Part shown: in pieces, positions 36,690 through 45,197 of the stretch
Layout of the letters: every line of letters starts with the position of its first letter
How positions within the stretch are numbered: position 1 is the first letter of the stretch
NCBI GenBank assembly: GCA_964540105.1
Contig: CAZILL010000001.1
Location: 1,034,063 to 1,098,062 of the forward strand
Direction of reading: 5' to 3'
Length of the DNA stretch: 64,000 bases
From: an uncultured Ignavibacteriales bacterium
GTDB lineage: Bacteria > Zixibacteria > MSB-5A5 > GN15 > FEB-12
Position numbers and translations under genes: made by a program
The notes under the pieces: generated by a model
Seen by the model: only the letters and a program-made list of their open reading frames with translations
Databases searched by the model: none
What the model was told of the DNA's origin: nothing

Positions 36690-37303
36690 GCGTCGTAGCC
36701 ATCGTTGATTACGGCATGTGTAATCTGGATTCGATGGCACGAGCGGTCGAAGAGAACGGAGGGCGTCCGCTGGTTACCAGCGATCCGGCCGACCTGAAGG
36801 ACGCAACTCATATTATTCTCCCCGGCGTTGGGTCGTTCGCGGAGGCGATGAAGAACCTCTCGGAGCGAGAACTTGATCAGGCTCTGACTGAGCAGGCGCT
36901 CAACCGAGGGATTCCGTTTCTCGGAGTCTGCCTTGGGATGCAGCTTCTCGCGACTGTCGGCTTTGAGGGGGGTGAAACAGCCGGGCTGGGGTGGATTCGC
37001 GGTGAGGTGCGGCGATTGACTCCTGCCAAGGGCGACCTCCGCATTCCCCACATCGGGTGGAACGAAGTGTTTCCGGACAAAGAGGATGCTCTGTTTGCGG
37101 ATATCACACCCGGTACCGACTTCTACTTTGTCCACAGCTACCACTGTTGTTGCTATGATCCGAACGACATCGCTGCCAGTACTCCTTATGCCGATGGCTT
37201 TACCTCCGCGATCAGCCATGAAAACATCCGCGGAGTCCAGTTTCATCCCGAAAAGAGCCAGCGACCGGGTTTTCAGGTATTGAAGAACTTTCTCTCCATG
37301 TAG
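36686..37303 (+). CDS. Glutamine amidotransferase, HisH-like (WbuY-type)
   Basis: The class-I GATase catalytic block GVCLGMQLL is present, together with PHIGWN...FVHSY...GVQFHPEKS. Its start overlaps the upstream stop as ATGA. Confidence 0.9.
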   Translation: MSVVAIVDYGMCNLDSMARAVEENGGRPLVTSDPADLKDATHIILPGVGSFAEAMKNLSERELDQALTEQALNRGIPFLGVCLGMQLLATVGFEGGETAGLGWIRGEVRRLTPAKGDLRIPHIGWNEVFPDKEDALFADITPGTDFYFVHSYHCCCYDPNDIAASTPYADGFTSAISHENIRGVQFHPEKSQRPGFQVLKNFLSM

Positions 37304-37312
37304 AGGTCAGTC

Positions 37313-38074
37313 GTGTCCTTGAAGATCAGAGTCATGCCGACGCTCCTTTATAAGGACTTGGGGCTTGTGAAGGGGAAAGGCTTCGACTCGTGGCGGCGGG
37401 TCGGGAGCGTCATGCAGGCCATCAAGGTGTACAACATGCGTGGAGTCGACGAACTTGTTTTCCTTGATATCTCCGCGACTCAGCAGGGGAGAGAGCCGGA
37501 CTATGCTCTGATCGATGAAATCGCCGACGAGTGTTTTATGCCGCTGACGGTTGGCGGCGGCATACGATCGGTCGAGCATGTTCGATCTTTGCTTGGTGTC
37601 GGCGCTGATAAAGTTGCCCTCAATTCAGCCGCGGAAGAATCGCCCGAGTTGATCCGTGAGATTGCCCGACGATTTGGATCGCAATGCGTGGTCATATCGA
37701 TAGATTTCCGTCGTTCTCCGGACGGTCGCTATGAGGTGTTCACGCGGTCAGGGACACATCCGACCGGACGCGATCCGGTGGAATGGGCGAAAGAAGCGGA
37801 AGGGCACGAGGCGGGAGAGATTCTTCTGACCTCGATTGACCGTGATGCCACAATGGCCGGCTACGATGTTGATGTGACGCGCCGCGTAAGCGAAGCGGTG
37901 TCGATTCCGGTGATCGCTTCGGGTGGAGCGGGAGAGTATGAACATATGGCGCTCGCCCTTCGCGAGGGAAAGGCGTCGGCGGTCGCCGCTGCTGCTATGT
38001 ACCACTACACCGAAAGAACGCCGCTGGAGGCTAAGCGATACCTCAGGAATCACGGCTTCAATGTTCGCGTGTGA
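37313..38074 (+). CDS. Imidazole glycerol phosphate synthase cyclase-like subunit, HisF-like (WbuZ-type)
   Basis: GVDELVFLDISAT, PLTVGGGIRS, GADKVALNSAA and IASGGAG are the (beta-alpha)8 HisF blocks. It lies within a glycan locus rather than a his operon. Confidence 0.9.
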   Translation: MSLKIRVMPTLLYKDLGLVKGKGFDSWRRVGSVMQAIKVYNMRGVDELVFLDISATQQGREPDYALIDEIADECFMPLTVGGGIRSVEHVRSLLGVGADKVALNSAAEESPELIREIARRFGSQCVVISIDFRRSPDGRYEVFTRSGTHPTGRDPVEWAKEAEGHEAGEILLTSIDRDATMAGYDVDVTRRVSEAVSIPVIASGGAGEYEHMALALREGKASAVAAAAMYHYTERTPLEAKRYLRNHGFNVRV

Positions 38075-39600
38075 TCGAGCATCCCATTTGAGGCAGGAAT
38101 CCCGCGTGATCTGAGAACCTGGTTCAAGTACGATCGTTCGTTATCATGGAGCAGGAAACGGTAATTGACTCCGGCGTGAATCACAAGAATGATTCCGGCG
38201 CAGGAGCCCATTGCGACGTAGTTGTCGGACAGCAGAAGACGCACCAACAGATAACTACCCACGGCTACTACGCTGACAGCGACAATAGGCACGAGGGGCT
38301 TCACCAGCGCTTCGACTTCCATCTCAAGAAACTTCTTCATTGAAAGTGAGTAAGGAGCGAGGTAGAAGACCTCTGCCAGCAGAGTCCCTATCATGAGGCC
38401 GGCCAGCCCGATCACGTTCAGCAAGATTAGGCTCCCGACAATTTTGACGAGGGTATACGCTATTGAAATCCACATCGTCTGCTTCACCTTCTCCATGCCG
38501 ACGACCATCGTGGATGCAATCGATGGAATCGGCAGCACGAGGTAGGCGGAGAGCAGTATCAGGGCCAGGTACGAGCTCGAGGCAAACAGTTCGCCGACCC
38601 ATGCGCGCAGAAGATAATCCATGAACACAAACAGGACGGCGAGCAGGGGGAGGAGGATCAGATATGCATAGCGGACGAGATCGACGAACAATCGGCGCAG
38701 CGACGAAAGATCGTTGATTTGATGCAGGCGCGCCACCTCGGGAATAATGGCAGAATTGAGCACGCTAAGCACGAGACGCAACAGATTGGCGGGGCGGGTG
38801 ACGACGTCATAGATCGTCATGCCGGCTACGGCTTGGAAGAACCAGATCAGAAACTTGTCGACCTGATTACAGAGCAACCCGATCAGGCGATTGACGAACA
38901 GTATGCCGCTGTAGCTGAAGAGACGTCTCAAGAGTGTCAGATTGAAGCGCGGTCGCATGCCGCGAAACGCGGTACGTCTTAGAAAGAACACCCCGACATA
39001 GACGATCAGAGTCACACCCGATAGACACATGATGACGAGAAAAGCCAGGTCAATTCGATGAAACTTCACCGCGATGACAATCAAGAGAATATACCGGCCG
39101 ATATTCATGATCGAATTGATCGACTTCGTGAGAACAAATTGTCGAAGCCCCTGCAGAATCGCCGCGAAGGGTAACGTCATGAATTGGATGACAATATTTA
39201 CCGACACATATGTCATCGCCGTCAGCGCTTCCTCTTTGTTCAGCGCCGAGTGTTCGCCGAGCATCCGTGACGCAATGATATCTCCGCACAGGTAGAGCAC
39301 TACTCCGAGAATGCTCCCTAACGCGGCGTAATAAGCCAGCGAAACGGAGAGGGCATCTTCAAGTTCAGTGGTGGCGCCATTGGCATCGATGCGCGCCACG
39401 TGATTCATCAGCGATCCCTCCATCCCCAGATCGAAGAACGAGAGCATGCCGTAGATGCTGAAAACGCTGAGAAAGACAAATGCGCCGTAGCCATCGACGC
39501 CGAAATTGTGAATCAGGACTGGCGTGGCAAGAAAACTGAGGATAATCAATATGATCAAGTCGAGACCGGAGAAGACAGTATTCCTGAAAAGAGCGTTCAT
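38050..39600 (-). CDS. Oligosaccharide flippase (Wzx; MOP/Polysacc_synt family)
   Basis: It is 516 aa with about 14 TM segments. The N-terminus FRNTVFSGLDLIILIILSFLATPVLIHNFGVDGYGAFVF is typical of Wzx. Its 3' end overlaps the convergent HisF-like gene by 25 nt. Confidence 0.75.
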   Translation of the reverse strand: MNALFRNTVFSGLDLIILIILSFLATPVLIHNFGVDGYGAFVFLSVFSIYGMLSFFDLGMEGSLMNHVARIDANGATTELEDALSVSLAYYAALGSILGVVLYLCGDIIASRMLGEHSALNKEEALTAMTYVSVNIVIQFMTLPFAAILQGLRQFVLTKSINSIMNIGRYILLIVIAVKFHRIDLAFLVIMCLSGVTLIVYVGVFFLRRTAFRGMRPRFNLTLLRRLFSYSGILFVNRLIGLLCNQVDKFLIWFFQAVAGMTIYDVVTRPANLLRLVLSVLNSAIIPEVARLHQINDLSSLRRLFVDLVRYAYLILLPLLAVLFVFMDYLLRAWVGELFASSSYLALILLSAYLVLPIPSIASTMVVGMEKVKQTMWISIAYTLVKIVGSLILLNVIGLAGLMIGTLLAEVFYLAPYSLSMKKFLEMEVEALVKPLVPIVAVSVVAVGSYLLVRLLLSDNYVAMGSCAGIILVIHAGVNYRFLLHDNERSYLNQVLRSRGIPASNGMLDHTRTLKP

Positions 39601-40883
39601 CGGATATACCTTCCCACCGAATCGAAGAACCGCTCACACACGTGCCCGTCGGGTCGATAAAGGTACTCGTTGACGAATCGGTCGCGCGCCGCGAGAGTCT
39701 CTTGCGAGAACTCGAACATCGATTTGTCGCCAGTCAGAACCCGCTCGCACGTCTGTCGAAATTCCTGCAGTGATCGGGCGATGCGAATTCCTGGAGCATT
39801 ATGGAACGGAAGCAGATCACTTTCCAGCCGGGGAAGAAGTTCACTCCAATACGTATAGACCACTCTCTTCCCCATGAACATGGCCTCAATGACAGCCGTC
39901 GTCTGAAAGGCGATTATCAGCGTTGAGCGTTGGATGAGCTCATTGGCGATTGAAGAACCACCAACCACGCGCAGATTGTCTCGTTCGTATCTGTCTTTCA
40001 GGAGTTGTCGGTCGGGTTGCTGAGGGTGAGCCTTTACCACGAAGTTATAGTTCGGAAATTGCTGGGCCAAACGAGAGACCTCTTCGTGGGTCTCGTCCCG
40101 CATAACCGTCCAGGTCAATCCCTCTGCGGTAGCCAGCTCAATTGGTATATATGCGTCGTGCATGTACGTAAAGAAGACAATCGTGGGCTGTGATCTCGGA
40201 AAGAGCGCATCGACTTCGTTCGTTGCTTCGCAATAGAACAAGTCCGAGCGCGGCTGCCCGATGACAGATATGTTCTCGTTGGAAACCCCGATTCTGTTCC
40301 AGAACACTCGCTGCCGTTCGCTCCAGACATACAGGTGGTCCGACATGAACGGCGCCATCATGCGAATCCTGTTAGCAGCGGCCTCAAAATCGTACGGGGA
40401 GATGATCCCCTCCTTGTCAATCACGACCGTCTTGAAACCTCTCTCGTGCCCGACGTCGATCATTTCACGAATCCACCAGAAGCAATCCGCAGGGGTGATC
40501 ATCAGATCAATCCCAAACCGTTTGTCAACACGGTCCAGAAGCCGCCGACATTCGTTCTGCCAGGCAGCCCGTTTGGATGGCGAGGAAGAGTCGTACGGAG
40601 CGTTCAGTTGAATGACGTCGTCATCGAAGAACAATTTTGCCCCGCGCACCAGTCGAGGAGCATCAACGACGACGAAATTGTAATCGCGGCAAGCCTGCGA
40701 CAGGGCGCGCAGGTCCTGCTCGTAGAAATGATTTAGCGCCAGAATCGTCTTTTTCGCCGGGTCGTGCGAGGGAGTAAGACTGTCGATATACCGTTCGGCC
40801 AGCCGCCGATAGATTCGAATGAGAATTGAGGGTGGGAGGAAGGATCTGATTGTACGCTTAGTCGATGTCGTCATTTCAACCAA
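39597..40883 (-). CDS. Hypothetical GT-B-like protein related to the KpsS/TagF-like protein at 33788..35191
   Basis: It shares a C-terminal pattern with that protein: FVVKAHPQQPD vs LIVKEHPNFLG, and QTTAVIEAMFMGKRVVY vs SGTAALEAGMLGKPAIVF. It sits between wzx and pseI. Confidence 0.4.
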   Translation of the reverse strand: MVEMTTSTKRTIRSFLPPSILIRIYRRLAERYIDSLTPSHDPAKKTILALNHFYEQDLRALSQACRDYNFVVVDAPRLVRGAKLFFDDDVIQLNAPYDSSSPSKRAAWQNECRRLLDRVDKRFGIDLMITPADCFWWIREMIDVGHERGFKTVVIDKEGIISPYDFEAAANRIRMMAPFMSDHLYVWSERQRVFWNRIGVSNENISVIGQPRSDLFYCEATNEVDALFPRSQPTIVFFTYMHDAYIPIELATAEGLTWTVMRDETHEEVSRLAQQFPNYNFVVKAHPQQPDRQLLKDRYERDNLRVVGGSSIANELIQRSTLIIAFQTTAVIEAMFMGKRVVYTYWSELLPRLESDLLPFHNAPGIRIARSLQEFRQTCERVLTGDKSMFEFSQETLAARDRFVNEYLYRPDGHVCERFFDSVGRYIR

Positions 40884-41928
40884 GCAGATCCCAGCTCGCC
40901 GGAGTACCGCGCTTTACGTCGCGACTCACTCTCTTCCCCAAGAGCACGTCGTAGAACTTCGGAGCAAGGCCGTACCCCGGGCGGATCGCTCTCAGGTTAT
41001 CCGGAGTCAGCGCATCTCCCGTACTCATATCGTCGACTATGTAGAGACTCCTGCGAAATTGCAGGGACCTCTTCTCATTTTCTGATACCCCGTAGAGAAT
41101 CGTCCCCAGGGCCTGCCAGGCGCGGTCGGTTTCATCGACCAGTGCACGCAGTTCACTGGGTTCAAGCGAAAAGGCGGCGTCGACGCCGCCATCGGCGCGC
41201 GCCAATGTGAAGTGCTTCTCAATGACTGTCGCCCCAAGGGCAACTGCCGCCAGCGGTACTCCCAGCCCCAGCGTGTGATCCGACAGCCCGACCTCAACGC
41301 CAAACAGATCCCGCATATGCGGAATGGTGCGAAGATGAATGTCGGTCGGCGGCGCAGGGTAGCTGCTCGTGCATTTCAGCAAGACAATGTCCCTTGCTCC
41401 GGCCTCGCGGGCGGTACGAATCGCGTCGTCCAATTCGGCAAGAGAGGCCAAGCCCGTCGAAATGATCATCGGTTTGCCGGTAGCGGCGATGTGGCGGATC
41501 AGGGGTAGGTCAGTGTTTTCAAACGACGCCACTTTATACGCCGGTACCTTCAGCGATTCCAGAAAATTCACCGCGCTCACGTCGAATGGCGTGGAAAAAC
41601 CGGTCATACCGAGTTTCTGGCACCGCTCAAAGATTGGCTCGTGCCATTCCCAGGGCGTGTGCGCCCTTTCGTACAACTGATACAGATTTGTCCCGTTCCA
41701 AAGACTCGATTGATCGTCTATCGAGAACCCATCCCCTTCAATATCGAGCGTCATCGTGTCGGCGGTATACGTTTGGATCTTCAGCGCATGCGCGCCTGCC
41801 TGAGCGGCTGCATCCACGATCGTCAGGGCTCTCTCAAGGGATTGATTGTGATTGCCCGACATCTCGGCGATTATGAACGGCTTACGATCCAGACCAATCT
41901 GGCGGCCGCCGATGGTCACTCCGGACAC
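40876..41928 (-). CDS. pseI: Pseudaminic acid synthase (NeuB family)
   Basis: FIIAEMSGNHNQSLERALTIVDAAAQAGAHALKIQTY, GLSDHTLG and a C-terminal SAF domain (IRPGYGLAPKFYDVLLGKRVSRDVKRGTP) are all present. Confidence 0.9.
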   Translation of the reverse strand: MSGVTIGGRQIGLDRKPFIIAEMSGNHNQSLERALTIVDAAAQAGAHALKIQTYTADTMTLDIEGDGFSIDDQSSLWNGTNLYQLYERAHTPWEWHEPIFERCQKLGMTGFSTPFDVSAVNFLESLKVPAYKVASFENTDLPLIRHIAATGKPMIISTGLASLAELDDAIRTAREAGARDIVLLKCTSSYPAPPTDIHLRTIPHMRDLFGVEVGLSDHTLGLGVPLAAVALGATVIEKHFTLARADGGVDAAFSLEPSELRALVDETDRAWQALGTILYGVSENEKRSLQFRRSLYIVDDMSTGDALTPDNLRAIRPGYGLAPKFYDVLLGKRVSRDVKRGTPASWDLLG

Positions 41929-42488
41929 ACAGCCTCCGTTGTGCGAAAGAAACGTTGCTCCAGCTCCGGTTTGATCCGAAGCCAGTTATCGCGGAAAATC
42001 GCCATAACCAGCACGTCTTCGTATCGTCCCCCTTTCAATACATGACCGACCAGTCGTCCCTCCTCGACAAAACCCAGTCGCTTGTGGAACTTCAAACTCT
42101 CGGTGTTGAATGCGAACGCTTCACCGGTAACTTTGCGAAGGCCGAGCGATTCAAAGAGATATTCCAAAGCCATAAAACCCATGATCGAACCGCTCCCCTT
42201 GGGCGCTTCGGTCGCACCGATGTAGAACCCCCAACAGCACTTGCTGTTAACGGGGTCAATATCGGTAACGTGGACAACGCCAAGCGGCTGGCTGCCGTGT
42301 TCGAGGATAAAATGCTGTGAGGTAGTTCCGGCCGAAACGCGACGAAACCAGCTCCGATGTTCTTCCATCGAAATGATATGATCGGTATACGAGACATTCC
42401 TGATCCGTTCGGAATTGCGCCAAGCCAGAATGATCTCAAGATCAGTCTCGCGGATCGGCCGTAATATGAAATCCTCACGTCTGGGGAT
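41916..42488 (-). CDS. pseH: UDP-4-amino-4,6-dideoxy-N-acetyl-beta-L-altrosamine N-acetyltransferase (GNAT)
   Basis: The first ATG (42368) cuts into the conserved N-terminus. The in-frame upstream sequence EDFILRPIRETDLEIILAWRNSERIRNVSYTDHIISMEEHRSWF is the PseH-type start. No ATG, GTG or TTG is available upstream. GGAGGT lies 5 nt before an in-frame ATC at 42488. The 5' boundary is uncertain. Confidence 0.65.
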   Translation of the reverse strand: MPRREDFILRPIRETDLEIILAWRNSERIRNVSYTDHIISMEEHRSWFRRVSAGTTSQHFILEHGSQPLGVVHVTDIDPVNSKCCWGFYIGATEAPKGSGSIMGFMALEYLFESLGLRKVTGEAFAFNTESLKFHKRLGFVEEGRLVGHVLKGGRYEDVLVMAIFRDNWLRIKPELEQRFFRTTEAVCPE

Positions 42489-42622
42489 GTGGCACCTCCA
42501 TCATCGATGATGACAACGCTGCTAACGGTCTACGCTCTGCAAATCAGAGTATAGACCGTCACATTCGCGCTTGGCAATATAAATTCAAGCTTGGGAGAAT
42601 TGCACCGCAGAAGCGCCGTGCG

Positions 42623-43765
42623 TTAGAGTTCCACTCCGACCGGATCGACCTCCGCGACAAATCGAGACGTGCTCTCGCTTTGCTCAGGCCCGCGCTCGAG
42701 AACTATCCGCCGCGTTGCTTTCAGGCGGACCGATGGCCGCAGAGCGCTACCCACCGGATTGAAATCCGGGTCCACATGAATCCTGATCAGCGATCGCAGC
42801 TGCTCGACCGATAACCACTCGGTATTGCTGCCGCTGGAATAATTGAAACCATCAGCGCAACTCCGTCCGTCGAAAGCCGAGGCCAAGTTTTTTACGTCCC
42901 ACATTGGGGTTGGCGGGATTATCACGAAATATCGATCGAACTCAAGCGTGCTGAGCGCGTCGGTCTGGGTAATCATCTCTTCGTGAAGTTTCTCGCCGGC
43001 TCGGATACCGACATGAACCTGCTTGCAACCCGGCGCGATCGCCTCGGCCAGATCGGTGATATGATAGCTCGGAATCTTCGGCACGAAAATCTCGCCGCCC
43101 CACATGTGAGTGATCGCATGGAGGACGAGATTCACGCCCTCTTCGAGCGTGATATTGAACCGCGTCATACGCGGGTCGGTGATCGGCAGAGTAGATCTCT
43201 CGCGCGATTTGCTGAGATAGAACGGGATTACGCTTCCACGGCTCCCCATGACATTGCCATAGCGCACGACGGAAAACCGGATATTGTGGCGTCCGCGAAA
43301 ATTGTTAGCCGAAACAAACAATTTGTCGGAGCAGAGCTTGGTGGCTCCATAGAGATTCACCGGCGCGGCTGCCTTGTCGGTACTAAGCGCCACCACTCGG
43401 CTCACGCCCTGATCAATTGCCGTTTCAATCACATTCTGCGCGCCGACGATGTTGGTCTTGATGAATTCGAACGGATTGTATTCGGCCGCCGGAACCTGTT
43501 TCAGCGCCGCCGCATGCACGACGATATCGACATCTTCCATCGCACGCCGCAGGCGATCCTTGTCGCGAACGTCGCCAAGGAAATAGCGAATCGCTGGATA
43601 TTTCGACTCCGGAAACAGCTGGCTCATTTCGTATTGCTTGAGTTCGTCGCGCGAGTAGATGATGAGCCGCCGCACGGACGGAAACCGCGAAAGAACCATG
43701 GCGGTGAATTTCTGCCCGAGCGATCCGGTCCCGCCGGTGATGAGAATTGATTTACCTGACAGCAT
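42623..43765 (-). CDS. pseB: UDP-N-acetylglucosamine 4,6-dehydratase (inverting)
   Basis: ILITGGTGSLG, IIYSRDELKQ, FLGDVRD, HAAALKQVP and the catalytic LYGATKLCSDK block match the PseB/FlaA1 signature. It carries about 45 extra C-terminal residues. Confidence 0.9.
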   Translation of the reverse strand: MLSGKSILITGGTGSLGQKFTAMVLSRFPSVRRLIIYSRDELKQYEMSQLFPESKYPAIRYFLGDVRDKDRLRRAMEDVDIVVHAAALKQVPAAEYNPFEFIKTNIVGAQNVIETAIDQGVSRVVALSTDKAAAPVNLYGATKLCSDKLFVSANNFRGRHNIRFSVVRYGNVMGSRGSVIPFYLSKSRERSTLPITDPRMTRFNITLEEGVNLVLHAITHMWGGEIFVPKIPSYHITDLAEAIAPGCKQVHVGIRAGEKLHEEMITQTDALSTLEFDRYFVIIPPTPMWDVKNLASAFDGRSCADGFNYSSGSNTEWLSVEQLRSLIRIHVDPDFNPVGSALRPSVRLKATRRIVLERGPEQSESTSRFVAEVDPVGVEL

Positions 43766-44188
43766 AATCCCTTACTTCCCTGTTACTCTTCCTTGAGTAG
43801 CATCGTGCTGGCCGCACGGTCATTGTGCGCCACACGGTATTTTCGCTTCTGTAAGTGCACGCGCGATGCCAAGCGCCGACGAAAAGCCGTAAGTGATTAA
43901 CGGACAACGCAATTGCATCACACACTGCCCGCACAATCGCACACATCAGCGGATCAAAGGGGAATTATTTGATGCACGAAGGGGAAGGAGATTCCGAGAT
44001 GATGGTGGCTGATGCATCGCTTTGGCAGTCTCATGGATTCGGATCCCTATGGACGTCACCTTAGTCAAAGCAGAAGAACCAATGAAACATAAGAAAACAG
44101 TAGAAAACACTTATAAACACAAAGAAACTGCTTGCTCAATGGGAGCCTTCTTGTTATCCTTCTGATGAATGTTAGTAAGGAGGTGACC

Positions 44189-44980
44189 ATGCGAATTGGC
44201 TCTTTATTCTCGCCGGACGCTTTTCCATCACTGTTGAATACCGATGCTTACTTCGAGAAACTGATGAGGGCAGAAGGTGCGAAAGCGCTCGTTGCAAACC
44301 AAATGATCCTACTCGCTTTGTTCTTGTTCATCTATGGTGCAGTGATGGGGGCGTATCACAGTCTCCTGCAAGCAGTCGTGGCAGGCGTGAAGCTCTCCAC
44401 GCTGTTCACACTCGCCCTGCTCATTTGCTTCCCGGCCTTCTTCATCGTCCAGTTCATTCTGGGATCTCGCCTGAAACTGCTTCAGATGATCCCAATGGTG
44501 CTGTCGGGGTTTCTGCTGATGGCTGCCATCATGCTCTCCTTTGTGCCCATTGTAGTAATCTTCCTGCTAACCGGCAGCAACTACTACTTTCTGCATCTAT
44601 TGCATCTCGCGGTGATGCTCTTCGCCGGCATATTCGGCATGAATACGATCGTTCAGGCGTTGAAGTACTCCTGCGAGAAGAAGGACATTTACCCGAGAAA
44701 CGGAGTGATCGTCTTTCGTGTCTGGGTAGTCATCCTGGCATTTGTCGGAGTCCAGCTTGCGTGGAGCCTAAGGCCGTTCATAGCAAAACAGAACCAGCCG
44801 TTTGAGTTGTTCGGCACATACGAAGGGAACTTCTACGCTGCTGTGATTTACTCAGCCAAACATCTGGTCGAACTTGATCAAGGGGCGCCGGCTACAGGGA
44901 ACGCAAGGCAGCCCGACTCCAGCTGCGTCGACACTTTGCAAACGCCTGGGGGGTGGCTTGACAGCCTTTATGGACGATGA
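44189..44980 (+). CDS. Polytopic membrane protein, unknown function
   Basis: I preferred the ATG at 44189, which follows TAAGGAGGTGACC, over the ORF-track start at 44132. There are six or more hydrophobic segments. I recognised no family. Confidence 0.55.
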   Translation: MRIGSLFSPDAFPSLLNTDAYFEKLMRAEGAKALVANQMILLALFLFIYGAVMGAYHSLLQAVVAGVKLSTLFTLALLICFPAFFIVQFILGSRLKLLQMIPMVLSGFLLMAAIMLSFVPIVVIFLLTGSNYYFLHLLHLAVMLFAGIFGMNTIVQALKYSCEKKDIYPRNGVIVFRVWVVILAFVGVQLAWSLRPFIAKQNQPFELFGTYEGNFYAAVIYSAKHLVELDQGAPATGNARQPDSSCVDTLQTPGGWLDSLYGR

Positions 44981-45197
44981 TGTCATGACGCTCGAAGAAG
45001 TGGCTGCGTATCTGAAACTTAAGCCCCAGACGATCTACACGTGGGCCAAGGAGAACCGCATCCCAGCCGCCAAATTGGGCAAAGAGTGGCGCTTTCGGAA
45101 ATCGATTATAGATAGATGGTTTGCGTCACACATCGACGCCAGGTTCAGTGATTTCATTGACTCTGATGAAAGTGAAGCCGCTTCTCGAGATGAATGA
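44970..45197 (+). CDS. Excisionase/MerR-superfamily helix-turn-helix DNA-binding protein
   Basis: MTLEEVAAYLKLKPQTIYTWAKENRIPAAKLGKEWRFRKSIIDRW is the HTH_17-type motif, followed by an acidic tail. I took the start at ATG 44970 (or 44985). It overlaps the upstream membrane-protein gene. Confidence 0.7.
   Translation: MDDDVMTLEEVAAYLKLKPQTIYTWAKENRIPAAKLGKEWRFRKSIIDRWFASHIDARFSDFIDSDESEAASRDE

Noticed and set aside
43965-44054. A 29-aa ORF (MHEGEGDSEMMVADASLWQSHGFGSLWTSP) with an AAGGGGA upstream, in the pseB / membrane-protein intergenic region.
   Set aside because: It has no functional partner, no conservation evidence available and an acidic low-information sequence. Unlike the small ORF at 1923..2015, it has no genomic context pointing to a function.
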